Virus record (IMG/VR): IMGVR_UViG_3300025815_002670
Span: 1 to 64,000 of that record
Length of the DNA: 64,000 bases
Source: a virus
Reading direction: 5' to 3' (one strand)
Shown here in pieces: positions 45,301 to 56,600 of this stretch. Position numbers and translations under genes: made by a program. Position 1 is the first letter of the stretch; every line of letters begins with the position of its first letter. The notes beneath the pieces were generated by a model. That model was not told the DNA's origin, made no database searches, and saw nothing but the letters and a program-made list of their open reading frames with translations.

Positions 45301-46890
45301 GACTTTAACGCAGCAGAAGAAGAGGCCCTTAATAGAATCATCAAAACCGTCAACGGCTACTACAGGCAGTTCGCCGGTCAACCAGAGACACTTTCCGATG
45401 TTGCCATCAAGACACAGGACGCATTCAAGAGACTCTTCTCTACACCAGCTTCAAGCAAGGTTATTCAGGTAGGCTCAGGAAGTTCCAGGTTCAGCAAGGT
45501 TCAGGCGAAGGCTGCTAAGAGGTTGGCATTTGAGCAGACACTGAGAGAAAATGAAGCAGACGCTCTTGTCCTCCTTGGTCCATACATCAGAGAGGAACTT
45601 GAGGCTCTAAAGACTAAGTTTGTTGGAACGCTACCCGCTCTTGTCACAAACGTGGATCACCTTTTCTGCGTAAACAACGAGTGGATCCGAGGGTCTGTCT
45701 TTGAAGGCGGCCCATTTGATGTCCAGTCAGATCCGAGAGACGGAACGACACACAACATCCAAAAGTTGAAGACCAACGGCGAACTTCGTCCAAAGCAGTT
45801 CAACCCTAACTTCAAGCGCTCCCAGCCAGACACGGAGTGGCCATTTGTTCTTGAAAAGTACATCAAGATCGAAGACAAGTCGCGACGAGTCCAAGGTGTT
45901 TCAAAGCGCGCAGAAAACCTTTACAATGTTGTCAACATTAAGGACTGGGATCGTTATGTCAAGGAAAAGAAGGCCGAGGGCCTAAGGGGCGACATTTCCG
46001 AGTTCTGGGGTGAGCCAACACCTTCTGGCGAGACCGAGTTCATCGAAAACCACAACCACACCTACGAAATCGATTTCAAGGGTAATGGAAGAACGTCAGT
46101 TCACACCGATGCTCTCGGAAACACTCACTATCACGAGATTGTAAATGGGGAAGTCCAGAGGTCAAGGTTAAATGCACAGGACAACGGACACGTTCACAAC
46201 ATTCCCGTCGAAGGCTGGAAGTTTGGTTTGAGAATCTGCTACATGCCGACAAAGGCGTCTCATGGGCCGTTTGTTGAAATGAACAGGGAACTCATAACAC
46301 AAGAACAGATCATGAACAACAAGGCTTTCAGCGTAACAGGCAAGGAAGGCAACAATAGAGTTCTAATCCCGATCGCTTCCGCAGAACTCCCAATCCCAGA
46401 TCAGGAGTTCACGAACTTTGACCCGAACTCTTACGATGTCTACTGTCTCATAGAAGAACTCGTAAAGACCCCAGAGTACAAGACATTATTCAAGTACATT
46501 TTCCCCATCCCAAGATACACCTCGCTACTCGCAGTTCACAGCACTATGTCATTCTTTGACGCAATCGGCAATAGTGGCTACCCAAGCGAGGGTGGAGACA
46601 TGTGGGAAGTTGCCGGTGGAAGAAAAGGCAAGAAGTTTAGAAAGTGGGTTCGTGGACCGCAGGCTTTCAAGGATTCACGACAAAAAGCAAAGATTCTTTT
46701 CACAAGTCTTTACGAGTCGGCACAAGCCATCGACTTCGACGCTGGCAACCCAACTGACCCCGTAAGAGGTCCAGATTCTATTAGAGAACTAATTAGACCA
46801 AAGGTTAACTTTGAAGACGGCTTACGTTGGTGGGAGAGAGGAAGACTATTGAGTCGCCCGTTCAATAAGGACGGAGAGGAATGCGAATAA
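39343..46890 (+). CDS. 2515-aa giant virion protein (glycine zipper, hydrophobic helices, His-rich C-terminal motif)
   Basis: Uninterrupted ORF between hub and gp25; GGAAVGAVVGSAGGIPGAVIGAGIGG; HNHTY...HYHEI...HVHNI. Confidence 0.8.
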   Translation: MTIRVNRSGRSAYEEFATEGELEELRNSNFSFGQAGPAIDQAGAALDVQPPPAPRSLGPDPFSPVLTEAALAEAGLDVERFKFLVCDPRPGLEEPDPCPICRPNPFAYVPDYRMMGEGETFFDGKDCTQCIVYTFDSPAVEGGVPIEKFERDGKFINEQKERAVKYALDLFNKSEFITVYTYIEKPPRVDKFNILGGAAVGAVVGSAGGIPGAVIGAGIGGVLDYMIPPKVPGYDLETREENVVDSLVALATTEYHVPIQRKSRTRLLIKIPVEVFDRLPERLVQEPDTEFETKLEVTYQGNQFVPTLRRISKAFNVYHGESKRWATYEGGRFVTATSFAESSNNSDTRERVYLNLEKEADQIDIFRDAVKDWITRKEIGMSFSPLRPNRVPEKITFKFKKKDNNPEEIELRQVVFNKPGCEDVTIGKNGRYKGLFRELNASIKRIDSRTLYYIGSGPEIDTDLTARTPTPWLQVVTDYTYPPLEVLYGSNGNTIYDQNRIDKCLVKNTSVDEDFDQLMSGIEDTVLGAPDAFLEAFSRGDDPLSCNTEGNALEKAGQAFATTPERASQILNASIAEAKRKVAVDDPYLAIVLDEIGAAAKAARSSTNQFFSEDAVDLGDGVTVSNDSGLENTPKNRRETRKAFRDYYRDNQKGFMARVNDRIGWCGWLALIKAAADCVAKGLGEESSTKALAKAAFGAMDDNYLGRSFLGLPPEEQQRIADRIQSELGDVPAPWDIGYQAGNYAGGSFSLRERKLANQIADGTLQPGTTEYEEAVAELNSTGFNALPTAEQLKQAEAIDSGEITGFEAERIGEELAATGFFEFGVLEFEGEKIYSIVRTTDSEQELLQRLREFNQNFVFDSESVGGFGLDSEGELAFNQRNSSQGSGGTYGEALGDVQKEITDAYRRVILDTVGADSLLQTMNRIPGAPIVARLLKNSPCKINSPIKANPRLDNFLNTLEFDICQWDVDLTLPVFSTGPLAIGAFLQDLTTRLLLALVNTIIDTALAIFAQILKFILDKLLSLACETLGALGANLAGLASGNNQFLNLLRENLCPEATEEDLLESLKKLFSVLGGDNYPCLQELSNQEMANFIEDMSLMLTQGQLLQLLAGEANEETIRLALEVAATSNSPCIRDVFSDPGSIQNFFPALGTFIPDLDRLRDVIGTTPAALQPIYPCAPEVLTRIDDLRCDLLGQKGLTKRQCREELDKLKDQAVQDLQDLLDLLQNGPMSNFPPLNSEPGCPPNGFLPAVDPFLADANSQITGILFDKVEEAHLRDLMGNINFATGHGGVLNAVLSDTMGRTFKKHNYVIRHFGAPLAEDLGFFETYSDSAIREPGSTGKGKPIDIYGNQLTDDEIGNFANYSRGGYPPTVGAWLAQNYRTFEPEFKTVNIPGGYDSVDEALRELEKTEKKNRERIKARKKYLRLWIDEFNFDRRKTWPEKYQRAADDLLVGAEREIFGPDPTKETMKHEVNSPEQRAFNALNGKNISVAGVLTGNKVPKKWDDDLKRKLRDIKIEGKRFDPEEHKSFVDAFGKKARLIPLPDTSSADVRLKYESFPVQNNKGEDLGSPYSVSVEYDYNLFDEDGELIKDNVYNLKVVEEIRSIKGDPLKKNEIKKVGPDLPPESILGDEYSFTSYNLKIRGTDDQDVVRLLETLDASNDIPDSYQIEYLFRYFESIYREATDSTDRRIREVSSEAGLRRYFKGPKSPDEKINVFDSINSGFLQRLSYLISTGQTGKGNKGQKAPEDYDVGRRKENQNEDRRNKIDLNQFSKAFKFGYDPYKQPKITYMDAEKYGGLLGKRDPKNAPKPFYVEARRYDGWMDIADALIPELDGCEPSSKPIFELSDVKEIVDNFTNTVPRDERLQGDPLCVVEAPFDRILAPEDAGRIEGAIRAIIRIYALDVFLRAVPVLTAFEVNSVNYDNLLESFIAERMRQGLYEDGVRRSNATDEEYYFRFIEQVANNTVRKIDAGLLTRESEPGAADGDFNAAEEEALNRIIKTVNGYYRQFAGQPETLSDVAIKTQDAFKRLFSTPASSKVIQVGSGSSRFSKVQAKAAKRLAFEQTLRENEADALVLLGPYIREELEALKTKFVGTLPALVTNVDHLFCVNNEWIRGSVFEGGPFDVQSDPRDGTTHNIQKLKTNGELRPKQFNPNFKRSQPDTEWPFVLEKYIKIEDKSRRVQGVSKRAENLYNVVNIKDWDRYVKEKKAEGLRGDISEFWGEPTPSGETEFIENHNHTYEIDFKGNGRTSVHTDALGNTHYHEIVNGEVQRSRLNAQDNGHVHNIPVEGWKFGLRICYMPTKASHGPFVEMNRELITQEQIMNNKAFSVTGKEGNNRVLIPIASAELPIPDQEFTNFDPNSYDVYCLIEELVKTPEYKTLFKYIFPIPRYTSLLAVHSTMSFFDAIGNSGYPSEGGDMWEVAGGRKGKKFRKWVRGPQAFKDSRQKAKILFTSLYESAQAIDFDAGNPTDPVRGPDSIRELIRPKVNFEDGLRWWERGRLLSRPFNKDGEECE

Positions 46891-46902
46891 AGGAGGAGAA
46901 TT

Positions 46903-47304
46903 ATGGCAGAGGGACTATCCGTTGCACTACCACTTAGAATAGATCCAATTGACGGTGCTTATGGACTGAACAGGACACTAACCCAGGTAGCCGCACAGAA
47001 CTTGCGAATGGTTATTCTGACTTCTCCAGGGGAAAGAATAATGTTTCCAGATTTTGGCGTTGGAGTAAGAAGATATTTATTCGAACAAAACACCAGTGCA
47101 ACTTTAGGGTTGATACGAAGTAGAATAGAACAGCAGGTGTCGACATATCTTCCATACATTAGGATCCTTGATTTAAGCGTTGATAGCCCTGAAGTTGTTG
47201 GAGCAGTTGTCGAAACAGATAAGTCAACAGTTCTCATAAGAATTCGTTATTCAGTCCCGTCCGCCAATGTCGTTTCAGACTTAACTATTCCTGTTTCAAG
47301 TTAA
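46903..47304 (+). CDS. Baseplate wedge protein, gp25/GPW family
   Basis: NLRMVILTSPGERIMFPDFGVG.RRYLFE...YLPYI. Confidence 0.9.
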   Translation: MAEGLSVALPLRIDPIDGAYGLNRTLTQVAAQNLRMVILTSPGERIMFPDFGVGVRRYLFEQNTSATLGLIRSRIEQQVSTYLPYIRILDLSVDSPEVVGAVVETDKSTVLIRIRYSVPSANVVSDLTIPVSS

Positions 47305-47337
47305 GTTTTGTACTATTTATAACTGGAGAACCTTTTT

Positions 47338-49137
47338 ATGGCTAAAAGAACATTTCCTATTGACTACACAAGTCGCGACTTTAGTTCTATCCGCGACGAT
47401 CTCATAAACTACACAAAGAGATATTACCCTGATACTTTCAAGGATTTTAGTGAGGCATCTTTCGGTTCTCTAATGCTTGATACAGTCGCCTACGTCGGCG
47501 ACATTATGTCTTTTTACCTTGATTATCAGGTAAATGAGTCCTTCCTTGATACTGCATCAGAATACGACAATGTTCTTCGCCTCGCAAGACAGGCGGGCTA
47601 CAAATTTACAGGACCAAACTCCACAACAGGAATGGTCTCGGTCTATGCAGTAGTTCCGGCAAACTCAGTTGGTCTTGGGCCAAATAATGATTATTTGCCC
47701 ATCTTAAAGAGAAACACAACCTTCTCTTCCACCTCGGGCGCAAGTTTCATTCTTTTAGAAGACATTCGTTTTGATGAACCTTCTAACGATGTCGTCGCAG
47801 CAAACATTGATGATGCAACAGGAAACCCATCAAGTTATGCTGTGAAAGCAATGGGCCAGGTCATTTCAGGCGAGTTTGGTGTAACAAATATTGACATTGG
47901 CGCTTTTGAGCGTTTTAAAAAGGTCCGCATAAGTGAACCAAATTTAGTTGAAATCATCAGTGTTTTTGATTCAGAGGGTCACGAATACTTTGAAGTCGAA
48001 TATCTTTCACAAGATGTGGTCTACAAAGCAGTTCCGAACAGAGACGAAAACACCAGAGACAATGCCCCGTCTTTAATAAGACCTTTCAACGCAACACGTC
48101 GCTTTACAGTCACAAAAAATAGAAGAACGACAACCCTACAGTTTGGCTTCGGCTCGGACACAGAGATCGCAACACCTGGCCTTGCTGAGCCGTCAAACGT
48201 TGTTCTTCAAAGACAAGCAAAGAACTACGTTACAGACGCGATCTTCGATCCATCTGACCTTGTTGGGTCGGACAAATTGGGCATCGGGCCGGCAAACACA
48301 ACTCTAACCATCACTTATCGCTTGAACACCTCGAACAACGCCAACGCAGCCATCGGAGCGGTCAACAGGATCACAAACTCTCTTGTTGAGTTCAATAATC
48401 CAAGCATAGCAAACAACTCAACAGCAAGAACAGTCGCTGCTTCCTTTGAGTGCTTCAACGAGGAGCCAATCGTCGGCTCTGTAAGGAACCCAAACGTTGA
48501 GGAAATAAGACAGCAGGCTTTAAACATCTTTCCAGCCCAGTCCCGCGCCGTCACTTCTACAGACTACGAAGCAATGGTTTACGCAATGCCAGGACACCTT
48601 GGGGCGGTAAAGCGCTGCCGTGTCCTAAGAGACCAGGACTCGATCAAACGAAATCTAAACGTCTACGTCATTTCCGAAGACACACAGGGCAAGTTGGTTC
48701 AGTCTAACTCCGCTTTGAAAGAAAACCTCAAAATCCATCTCAACCGCTACAGAATGATCAACGACACAGTTGACATCCTTGACGCCAAGATCGTCAACGT
48801 CGGCATCGAGTTTGAGGTTGTTGCCTCCGAAGAGATCAACAAGTTCGAAGTCCTTGACAATGCAACAACAGCGCTTATTGCTGCTTTCGGATCAAAGACA
48901 ATGTTCATCGGCGAGCGTTTCTACATAACGGATGTTTTCACCGCCCTCAACAAAGTAAGAGGCGTGGCAGATACAGCGAAGGTCAAACTAGTTAGCAAGA
49001 GGGGAACGAACTACTCTTCTTCGACACTTAACATCGATCAGTTTATGTCCCTCGACGGACGCTACCTTTCAGTCCCCGACAACGTGATCCTTGAGATCAA
49101 GTTCCCAAGAATTGACATTAGAGGAACCGTAAGATAA
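47338..49137 (+). CDS. Baseplate wedge protein, T4 gp6/baseplate J-like
   Basis: DYTSRDFSSIRDDLI...FKDFSEAS...AYVGD...ESFLDTA; LQFGFG; QSRAVTSTDY. Confidence 0.88.
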   Translation: MAKRTFPIDYTSRDFSSIRDDLINYTKRYYPDTFKDFSEASFGSLMLDTVAYVGDIMSFYLDYQVNESFLDTASEYDNVLRLARQAGYKFTGPNSTTGMVSVYAVVPANSVGLGPNNDYLPILKRNTTFSSTSGASFILLEDIRFDEPSNDVVAANIDDATGNPSSYAVKAMGQVISGEFGVTNIDIGAFERFKKVRISEPNLVEIISVFDSEGHEYFEVEYLSQDVVYKAVPNRDENTRDNAPSLIRPFNATRRFTVTKNRRTTTLQFGFGSDTEIATPGLAEPSNVVLQRQAKNYVTDAIFDPSDLVGSDKLGIGPANTTLTITYRLNTSNNANAAIGAVNRITNSLVEFNNPSIANNSTARTVAASFECFNEEPIVGSVRNPNVEEIRQQALNIFPAQSRAVTSTDYEAMVYAMPGHLGAVKRCRVLRDQDSIKRNLNVYVISEDTQGKLVQSNSALKENLKIHLNRYRMINDTVDILDAKIVNVGIEFEVVASEEINKFEVLDNATTALIAAFGSKTMFIGERFYITDVFTALNKVRGVADTAKVKLVSKRGTNYSSSTLNIDQFMSLDGRYLSVPDNVILEIKFPRIDIRGTVR

Positions 49138-50639
49138 TGGCTATCAAAAGATACTACGCTTCAAAAGACAACACAATAACAAACGCCTTTGAAGAAAACC
49201 TATCAACTCGTGGGACAGACGCCAACATGGGCGCCGCCGACATCCTTGAGGTTTTCTCTATCTACGGCCAAGCATCTTCTGCCTCTGCTGAAGCGTCAAG
49301 GGCTCTAATCAAGTTTGACTGCACAGCCTCCACAAACTCGATCCAAGCAGACAGAACAGCAGGGGTCATTCCGGCAAGCGGCAGTGTCTCTTTTTACCTT
49401 CGCCTCTACAACGCCCCACACGGACAAACCTTACCAAAGTCTTACACGATGGATATTTCCGCAGTTTCCGGCTCTTGGACCGAGGGCACAGGTCTTGATA
49501 TGGAACTCTACAAGGACAAGGGCTCGTCAAACTGGGTTTCATCTTCTGACGGCAACACCTGGACAACAGCCGGCGGCGACTATTTCACCGACACTTCCTC
49601 TTCTTTCACCGCTTCTTTTGACGACGGAACAGAGGACATAGAACTCGACATCACAACACTCGTCGAACAATGGCTTGACAGCGCCGGCAACGTTCTCGGA
49701 TCTAAGGAAGATGAGGGTGTTGGCATCAAGATCTCAAGCGCCTACGAAACCGCAACTCGTTCCTACTACACCAAGAAGTTCTTTGCCCGAGGCACAGAGT
49801 TCTTTTTCAAAAAGCCCTGCATCGAGGCTCGCTGGAACTCCTCTGTCCAAGACGATCGAGGCAACTTCTACTATTCCAGTTCACTCGCAACTGCTGCCGA
49901 AAATCTACAGACGATCTACCTTTACAACTATTTCAGAGGTCGTCTCCGCAACATCCCAAGCATCGGAACCGGAGCCATTTATGTCAACCTTTATTCAGGT
50001 TCAACGGCACCAACTGGCTCAGCCATTACGCTTGTCGCTGACGGAACTTATGTCACATCCGATTCTCCAACCTTCGTAACCGGAGGCTGGGTCTCAACTG
50101 GCATTTATTCAGCATCTTTCGCTATGACTGCTGCATCTACGCCACTTGAAACCGTCTTTGATGTTTGGAACGACGGATCTGGAACACAGTTCTACACAGG
50201 TTCTTTCGAGCCAACAGTTCTTTCACCTTCTGCGGTTGCTCCGTCAGAAGAATATTTCATCTCAATAACAAATCTGCGCCAGTCCTACCGTAATGATGAA
50301 ACGGCAAGGTTTAGAATTTACACTCGCCAAAAAGATTGGAACCCAACTATTTACACAAGAGCGGTGGCAACACCCGAAGTTCAAATAGCGGAGAGTGGTT
50401 CTTACGAAATTTATAGAGTGGTAGATGACCTCAAGGTCATTCCTTACGGGACAGGCAGCGATAACCAAACAGTAATGTCTTATGACGCCTCTGGTTCATA
50501 CTTTGACTTAGATATGAGCATGTTTGAAACTGGCTACTCCTATGGAATAAAGCTTTCATTCTATAACCAAGATGTAGGAGCCTGGGTTGAACAGCCCGAA
50601 ACATTCAAGTTTAAAGTGGAATCAAGGCAGAATAAATAA
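49137..50639 (+). CDS. Virion structural protein (baseplate-associated, Ser/Thr rich)
   Basis: KDNTI...SRALIKFD...WTEGTG...GGDY pattern; position in baseplate operon. Confidence 0.7.
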   Translation: MAIKRYYASKDNTITNAFEENLSTRGTDANMGAADILEVFSIYGQASSASAEASRALIKFDCTASTNSIQADRTAGVIPASGSVSFYLRLYNAPHGQTLPKSYTMDISAVSGSWTEGTGLDMELYKDKGSSNWVSSSDGNTWTTAGGDYFTDTSSSFTASFDDGTEDIELDITTLVEQWLDSAGNVLGSKEDEGVGIKISSAYETATRSYYTKKFFARGTEFFFKKPCIEARWNSSVQDDRGNFYYSSSLATAAENLQTIYLYNYFRGRLRNIPSIGTGAIYVNLYSGSTAPTGSAITLVADGTYVTSDSPTFVTGGWVSTGIYSASFAMTAASTPLETVFDVWNDGSGTQFYTGSFEPTVLSPSAVAPSEEYFISITNLRQSYRNDETARFRIYTRQKDWNPTIYTRAVATPEVQIAESGSYEIYRVVDDLKVIPYGTGSDNQTVMSYDASGSYFDLDMSMFETGYSYGIKLSFYNQDVGAWVEQPETFKFKVESRQNK

Positions 50640-53600
50640 TGAGCATCAGAAAACTTTTTGACTCAAATAAGCCGCAAACGGTCTTAGTTTCTACAAACCT
50701 CGAAGAAGAGGTTGTCAAAAACGCCCCGGAACTTGAGTCTGCGGACAATGTTAGAGAGCAGATCAAGCGCATCAACCGCTACATCCCGGCGGTTGACTTC
50801 TCCGATCCAGCAAACTTCGTCACTTACGGCTCGGCACAGTCCTATTACGAAGACGCCGTTTCCCGCATTTACCGTGAGTTTCCTTATGACGGCTCCGAGG
50901 AAGAAATAACTCGCTTCCACAACGAGTCAAATTACCTCGATCTCTACATTTTTGACAACCGCTACCCACGCACAACCGGTTATGCCATTTTCTCCTCTAA
51001 CGGCTGGGGCACAGCAGGCTCGGCAGTCAGCGGCTGGGGCTCTTCCTCCGCACCCGAATATATTTCATTCGTAGGCGGCCCACACACCGCTTCTGGGGGC
51101 ATGCCAGCCGGAACACTACACTACACCTTCACCGGCTCCAACTACTACGACACGGACATTTACGGCACTGACGGCACGCTTGCTCTTGACCGTGTTGGTT
51201 CCCGCGAGTCAAACCTAAACTACGATCTTTCCAAGGGCGTCTCCGTTGAGTTCTGGCTAAACAAGGACACTTGGCTTACCGCTTCTACCGAAAAAGAAGT
51301 CATTTTTGACCTTTGGAACGGCTCTGTTTCCTCCTCTGCCGGTTATGGTCGCTTCCTCCTCTACGTCACAGGCGCCACTGACGGTGCGGATCCGCTTTAC
51401 CTTCACCTTGGATCCGGCTCCAACACAGCAGACATTAGCCTACTTTCCAGTGCCTACACAACCGCATCCATCGCTGACGGTGCTTGGCACCATTACGCCG
51501 TCACAGTTCAGTCAGGCTCTACGGGGCTCACAACAAAGGCTTACGTCGATGGCACACTAAACAAGACCACGACATCGGCTATTGACTTTGGAGCCGTCAC
51601 AGGGTCGCTCAAGGCTTTCATAGGGGCATTGCAAACCGCTCCGTCCGGTGCTGCCTTCGCTGGCACAACGATGACCGGCTACGGCAAACTTTCTGGTTCT
51701 ATTGACGAGTTCCGCTACTGGAAGTCCAAGCGAGACGAGAAAGACATCCAAAACAACTGGTGGACGCAGGTTCGCGGCGGGACAAATGAAGAGATCGCCA
51801 ACGCAGAACTCGGTGTTTACTACAAGTTCAACGAGGGCATAACCAGCGTCACGGCGACTGACTCCGTTGTCCTCGACTATTCAGGCCGCATCACAAACGG
51901 AACCTGGGTTGGCTACCCTGGCTCCTCTGCTCGTTCCACAGGGTCCGCTATTGACTCCTCCACAGCAGTCGTTGCGGACACGGTAGAATACAAAGATCCG
52001 ATTATTTACTCCACACACCCGGATGTGAGCGCACTTTACGACGAACTTTCTTCGTCCGGTAGCGTCCACGACTATGAAAACCAGGCAAGCATCAAGGACT
52101 CTATTCCGTCTTGGATCATCGATCAGGACGAAACACAGGGCTCAAACGAGGTTACGCGCCTCACACAGATCGTTGGTTCCTACTTCGACACACTAAACCT
52201 CCAGATCAAGGCACTTCCACACCTAACCGACAACACTTACCTAACTTCCAGCGCCAAGCCAACCCCATTTGCTCGCAACTTGCTTTCCTCCAAGGGCCTT
52301 GAAGTCCCAGAGATCTTCGTTGACGCTGACATCCTTGAGCGTTTTGCTAACAGAAGGTCAGACAGAGCCTACGAACTCGATCTAAACGAGGTCAAAAACC
52401 TCATTTACCAGAACATCTACAATAACCTTACTTACATCTACAAATCAAAGGGAACGGAAAAGGCGTTTAGAAACCTTATTCGCTGCTATGGCATCGGCGA
52501 TGAAGTCGTTCAGTTCAACGCTTACGGCAACAACGCAGAGTTCAAGTTCGAGGACACAGACTACTCCACGATCACTCGCAAGAACTTTGTTGATTTCAAC
52601 CACCCAGATCGTTTTGGTGGCATCGTTTACCAGAGTTCTTCTGCTACAAACTCCGAAACAACTGGCATTACACACGTCACAGGAACAGCCCGCTACCTTC
52701 CAAACACAGCCGAAGTAGAGGTTTTCTTCCCAAGAAAGTACGAGTTCAGCAACCCGCAGTATTTCCACACTCCGTTCCTAAGTTCTTCCATTTTTGGACA
52801 CCACAACTCCCAGGGCGAGACAAACTTTGACTGGCTCACTACTGCTGCTGACGACAAGAACTTCCAACTTTACTTTGTTCGCACCTACCTAAACTCAAGA
52901 GATGGCTACTTCCAACTTCGGAACAGAACAGGAACACTAAACCTCACAAGTTCCGTTTACAGCAACGTCTACGACAACCAAAAGTGGAACTTTGCTGTCC
53001 GAATCAAACACGAAAAGTACCCTTACTCCAACGGTCTAACTGGTTCAGCGTCAGACACGCATATCCTCGAATGGTACGGCGTCAACACAGAGTTTGGTGT
53101 TGTCAAAAATGAGTTTGAAGTCACAGCAAGCGGTCTCGGAAACGAGTATCTTACCAACGATCGCCGCTATTACATCGGTGCAGACCGCACAAACTACTCC
53201 GGTTCCGTCGTCACAAACTCGGATGTCAAGGTTACATCCATTCGTCACTGGGCTTCCTACCTTGAAAACGAAGTCATCGTCGAACACGCAAAAGATCCTG
53301 CTAATGTCGGAACCAAGTTCCCAAGCAGAAATATCGCTTTCAACGCGGATTCAACAACTGCCGGCGTCGACAACCAGACTATTCCAAACATCGAGTCCCT
53401 CGCCATGCATTGGGACTTCGCACAGGTCACAGGAACAGACGCAGGTGGCGCTTTCACCGTTGAAGACGCCTCTTCTGGTTCAGTATCACTATTCTCTCGC
53501 TACTCCAACGACGGCAACCTTTCCAGAATTATCAATAGTCAGTACGCTGGCGTTGCCTACTTCCCGGCAGCACTTTCCTCCACAAGCGTCATCGATAAAG

Positions 53601-56600
53601 AATTCCTACCAACAAACCGTCAGCGTTTGCCCGAGGTCATAAACTCCGCAGATGCTGTCAATGTCCTTTCCAGGGACGATGAACTTTACCCAAGAGACGC
53701 TGCGCCTTCACAGATGTTCTTTGCTTTTGAGAAGAGCATGTATGGCATCGTTTCCCAGGAAATGGTTAACTACTTTGGAACGATCGTAGAGTTCAACAAC
53801 CTCATCGGCGATGTTGTCAACAAGTATCGCGGAGACTACAAGGGTCTTCGCCTCCTTCGCCAACTCTTCTTTGAGAAGATCCAAAACAACCCAGACCTCG
53901 ACAAGTTCATCGAATACTACAAGTGGATCGACAACTCCCTTGGCATCTTCCTCCAGCAACTCGTCCCCGCTTCTGCCGACGTTTCCGACGAAATTAGAAC
54001 AGTCGTGGAAGACCACATCCTTTCTCGCTCCAAGTACGACCACAAATACCCGCAACTCGACTACAAGGGCAACGAGCGCTTTGGTGGTGACGAAGCCAAG
54101 TTGGAAGCCAGGGTCAAGGGCATCGAAGAACTTACTTACAACTGGGAGTTTGGCCACGCACCACTCAATAACCTACAAAGCACAAGCGGTCGTTGGTGGA
54201 AAGAAAGAGCCAAGCGAACCAACACAGCCTTTGGCACGGCAACAGCCATCGACACAGCCCGCCAAGACCTCAACGACATCATCCTAAGTTTTAACTCTGC
54301 TTCTGCCGAGGAGTTCAACCAGAGCACCGGCATCGGAAACACCTACTTCGGTTCCACTTACGCCCTACGCAACTTTGCGCAGACAACCAGAACAACGGTT
54401 CACCTAGACAAGAAGATCGGCGGTGGCTACAACTACCCACCAGGGCACAGGCCAGACGCGCTATTCTCTATTACAAAGCGTGGAACAGCCGGCGCAGATC
54501 TACTAACAGTATCTAAAGGCAACTTCCAAGACCTTGACATTGCTGAAACTGGCGAGCCCATCGTCACCATCAAACGCCGCTTTGACGATCCTCTCGGAAC
54601 CGACAACCAGAACCAAAACGGCTACTCAACCGGCAAAAACAGCCTACCGGCTGTCCTTTACAGTTCCTCAGCCGGAACAACCGGTTACAGATCCGAGACT
54701 ACTGGAATCGAGTTTGCCGGCTTCCACAACGACTCTTACGGACCAGAATACGATGTTCCGATGCAGGGTCCGTTCTCCGACGCCCATGTCGGCGGTTACA
54801 GGCATCGCCACGAAGATCTTACCGGAGATCCTACTCTAACCTCCTCTACAACCAGAGCCGAGGCTTGGTACAGAAACGGCGCGAACTACTCATCTGCTGA
54901 CTACAACTTTACAAGACCCTCTGCTTCTCCACAGTACCGCAGAGGCGAAGGTGTCAAGCGCCCACTAAACATCGAAAACATCCAGCACAGGACCGGCTCC
55001 AACACGATCCGCATGGGCAACTTCGACAAGCGTTACGAAGTTGTTATGACAAACTCTCGCAGAACAAATAACTCCCAGTTTGTTAAGAACGAGGGCTTCT
55101 CTACCGCCTCTGTGACCTCCGATGTTCTCGGCTATGTCGAAGCCCTTGTGGACTATGCAAAGCCCGTCAGAGCACGCACAGAGCACGTCATCGTCAACCG
55201 TTTCTCTGCTCCCGGCGGCCCAGAGACTGCTGGTGACGCACAGGGTGGTGCGGGACTTGATTACGTTTCTTCCGAGTTGAGCCCTTACAACAACCTAAAC
55301 TACAGAAATCTAACGATCCGCCAGCCTCTCCGCACACTCCTTACCGAGCGCTCCGAGCAGTTTGGTCTTCGTTCTGGTTCAGCGGTTTCAGCCCTGGACT
55401 ACACAAACGTCACGGCAAGTTTCCACAAAATCAACAGAAACGGCATAAAGCAGTTGGAGTCAAGTTCTGCCGGCGGCATTGTGACTTCTTCGGTGTTCGA
55501 CAACTACTATGTCCAGCACATGATCCCGCAGTCCGACTTCCAATACACTTGGATCACAGCGTCTTATGTCTCCACAGTCGGCGACATCTACGGCTACCTT
55601 CCTTACGACGGCTTGGCATCCTCCTCAACGGGGCTCATTAGCGCAATCAACTTTGTTAGTGGTAGTGAGATCACTATTGCTGGGAGTTTTGTTGATTTTG
55701 TCAATACCAACACAATAATTGTCGATCCAATAAATACCTCTGATTTTACAACAGGCTATTCACTTCCTACTGATGTTGATGAATATGTTCCTGGGACATC
55801 GCTCGGAGCCCAGCGGAGTAAAGTCTTGAATGGACTTGTTGCTCACCGTGGAGGAGTATACGGCTACAACACTTGGAAGCAACAGAGGGTTGGCGAAGGC
55901 AGGCTCCCACGCTACTTCCGCGAAAACAACATCTACACCCACACGCCAAAGGTCGGTGAACCAATAACAGTGACGACTCCTGGCGGAACAACAACGGTTC
56001 CAGTCAGAAATAGAGCAACCTTGGCTGTCACACAGTCCTCTGTCGACGTTGCATTTAGGCCACTTTCCTACAAACTCGTCGTCAAAACGGGCGAAAACGA
56101 CAGAGGCGAAGACATAAACTCGATCGCAGTTGTCAAAGCAAGTTTCGGAAACAACCTTGCGTTCTTCGAAGACTCCGACTTCAACGAGGCGATCGGGGCA
56201 CAAATAGATTTCAGAGACACGCCTTACAGAACTCTCCTAAACCTCTACGGCAGAAAGAACAACCAAAACTCTTCACTTCCGATCAAGCGTCTTTCAGAAC
56301 TCCGCTACTCAGAAGTTGTTTACCCATCCAGGGCAAACATCTACAGAGACATCATCCGAGGTAGAACAAGTTTTGAAAACAACTTCTGGCGTGATGCTCG
56401 TGCAGATCGTGTTACCAAGGGTGAGGCGAAGAAGCCAACAAACGTTGCGCAAGTTACAGTAAGCCAAAGCGCATGGGCATTAGATGCGCACATCAATTTT
56501 GTTTCTATTGCAGACACAGTTTTTTCTGGCGGTTTAGCAAGAAACAACGAAGACGGTTACAAGCCAGGAGAATTGCAAAACCTTTATGTGCACTTCCACG

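Noticed and set aside
36975-49137. Bacterial T6SS/eCIS or prophage in a chromosome
   Set aside because: No bacterial housekeeping genes, integrase or T6SS membrane complex; the phage sigma, gene density and single-strand layout fit a lytic phage genome
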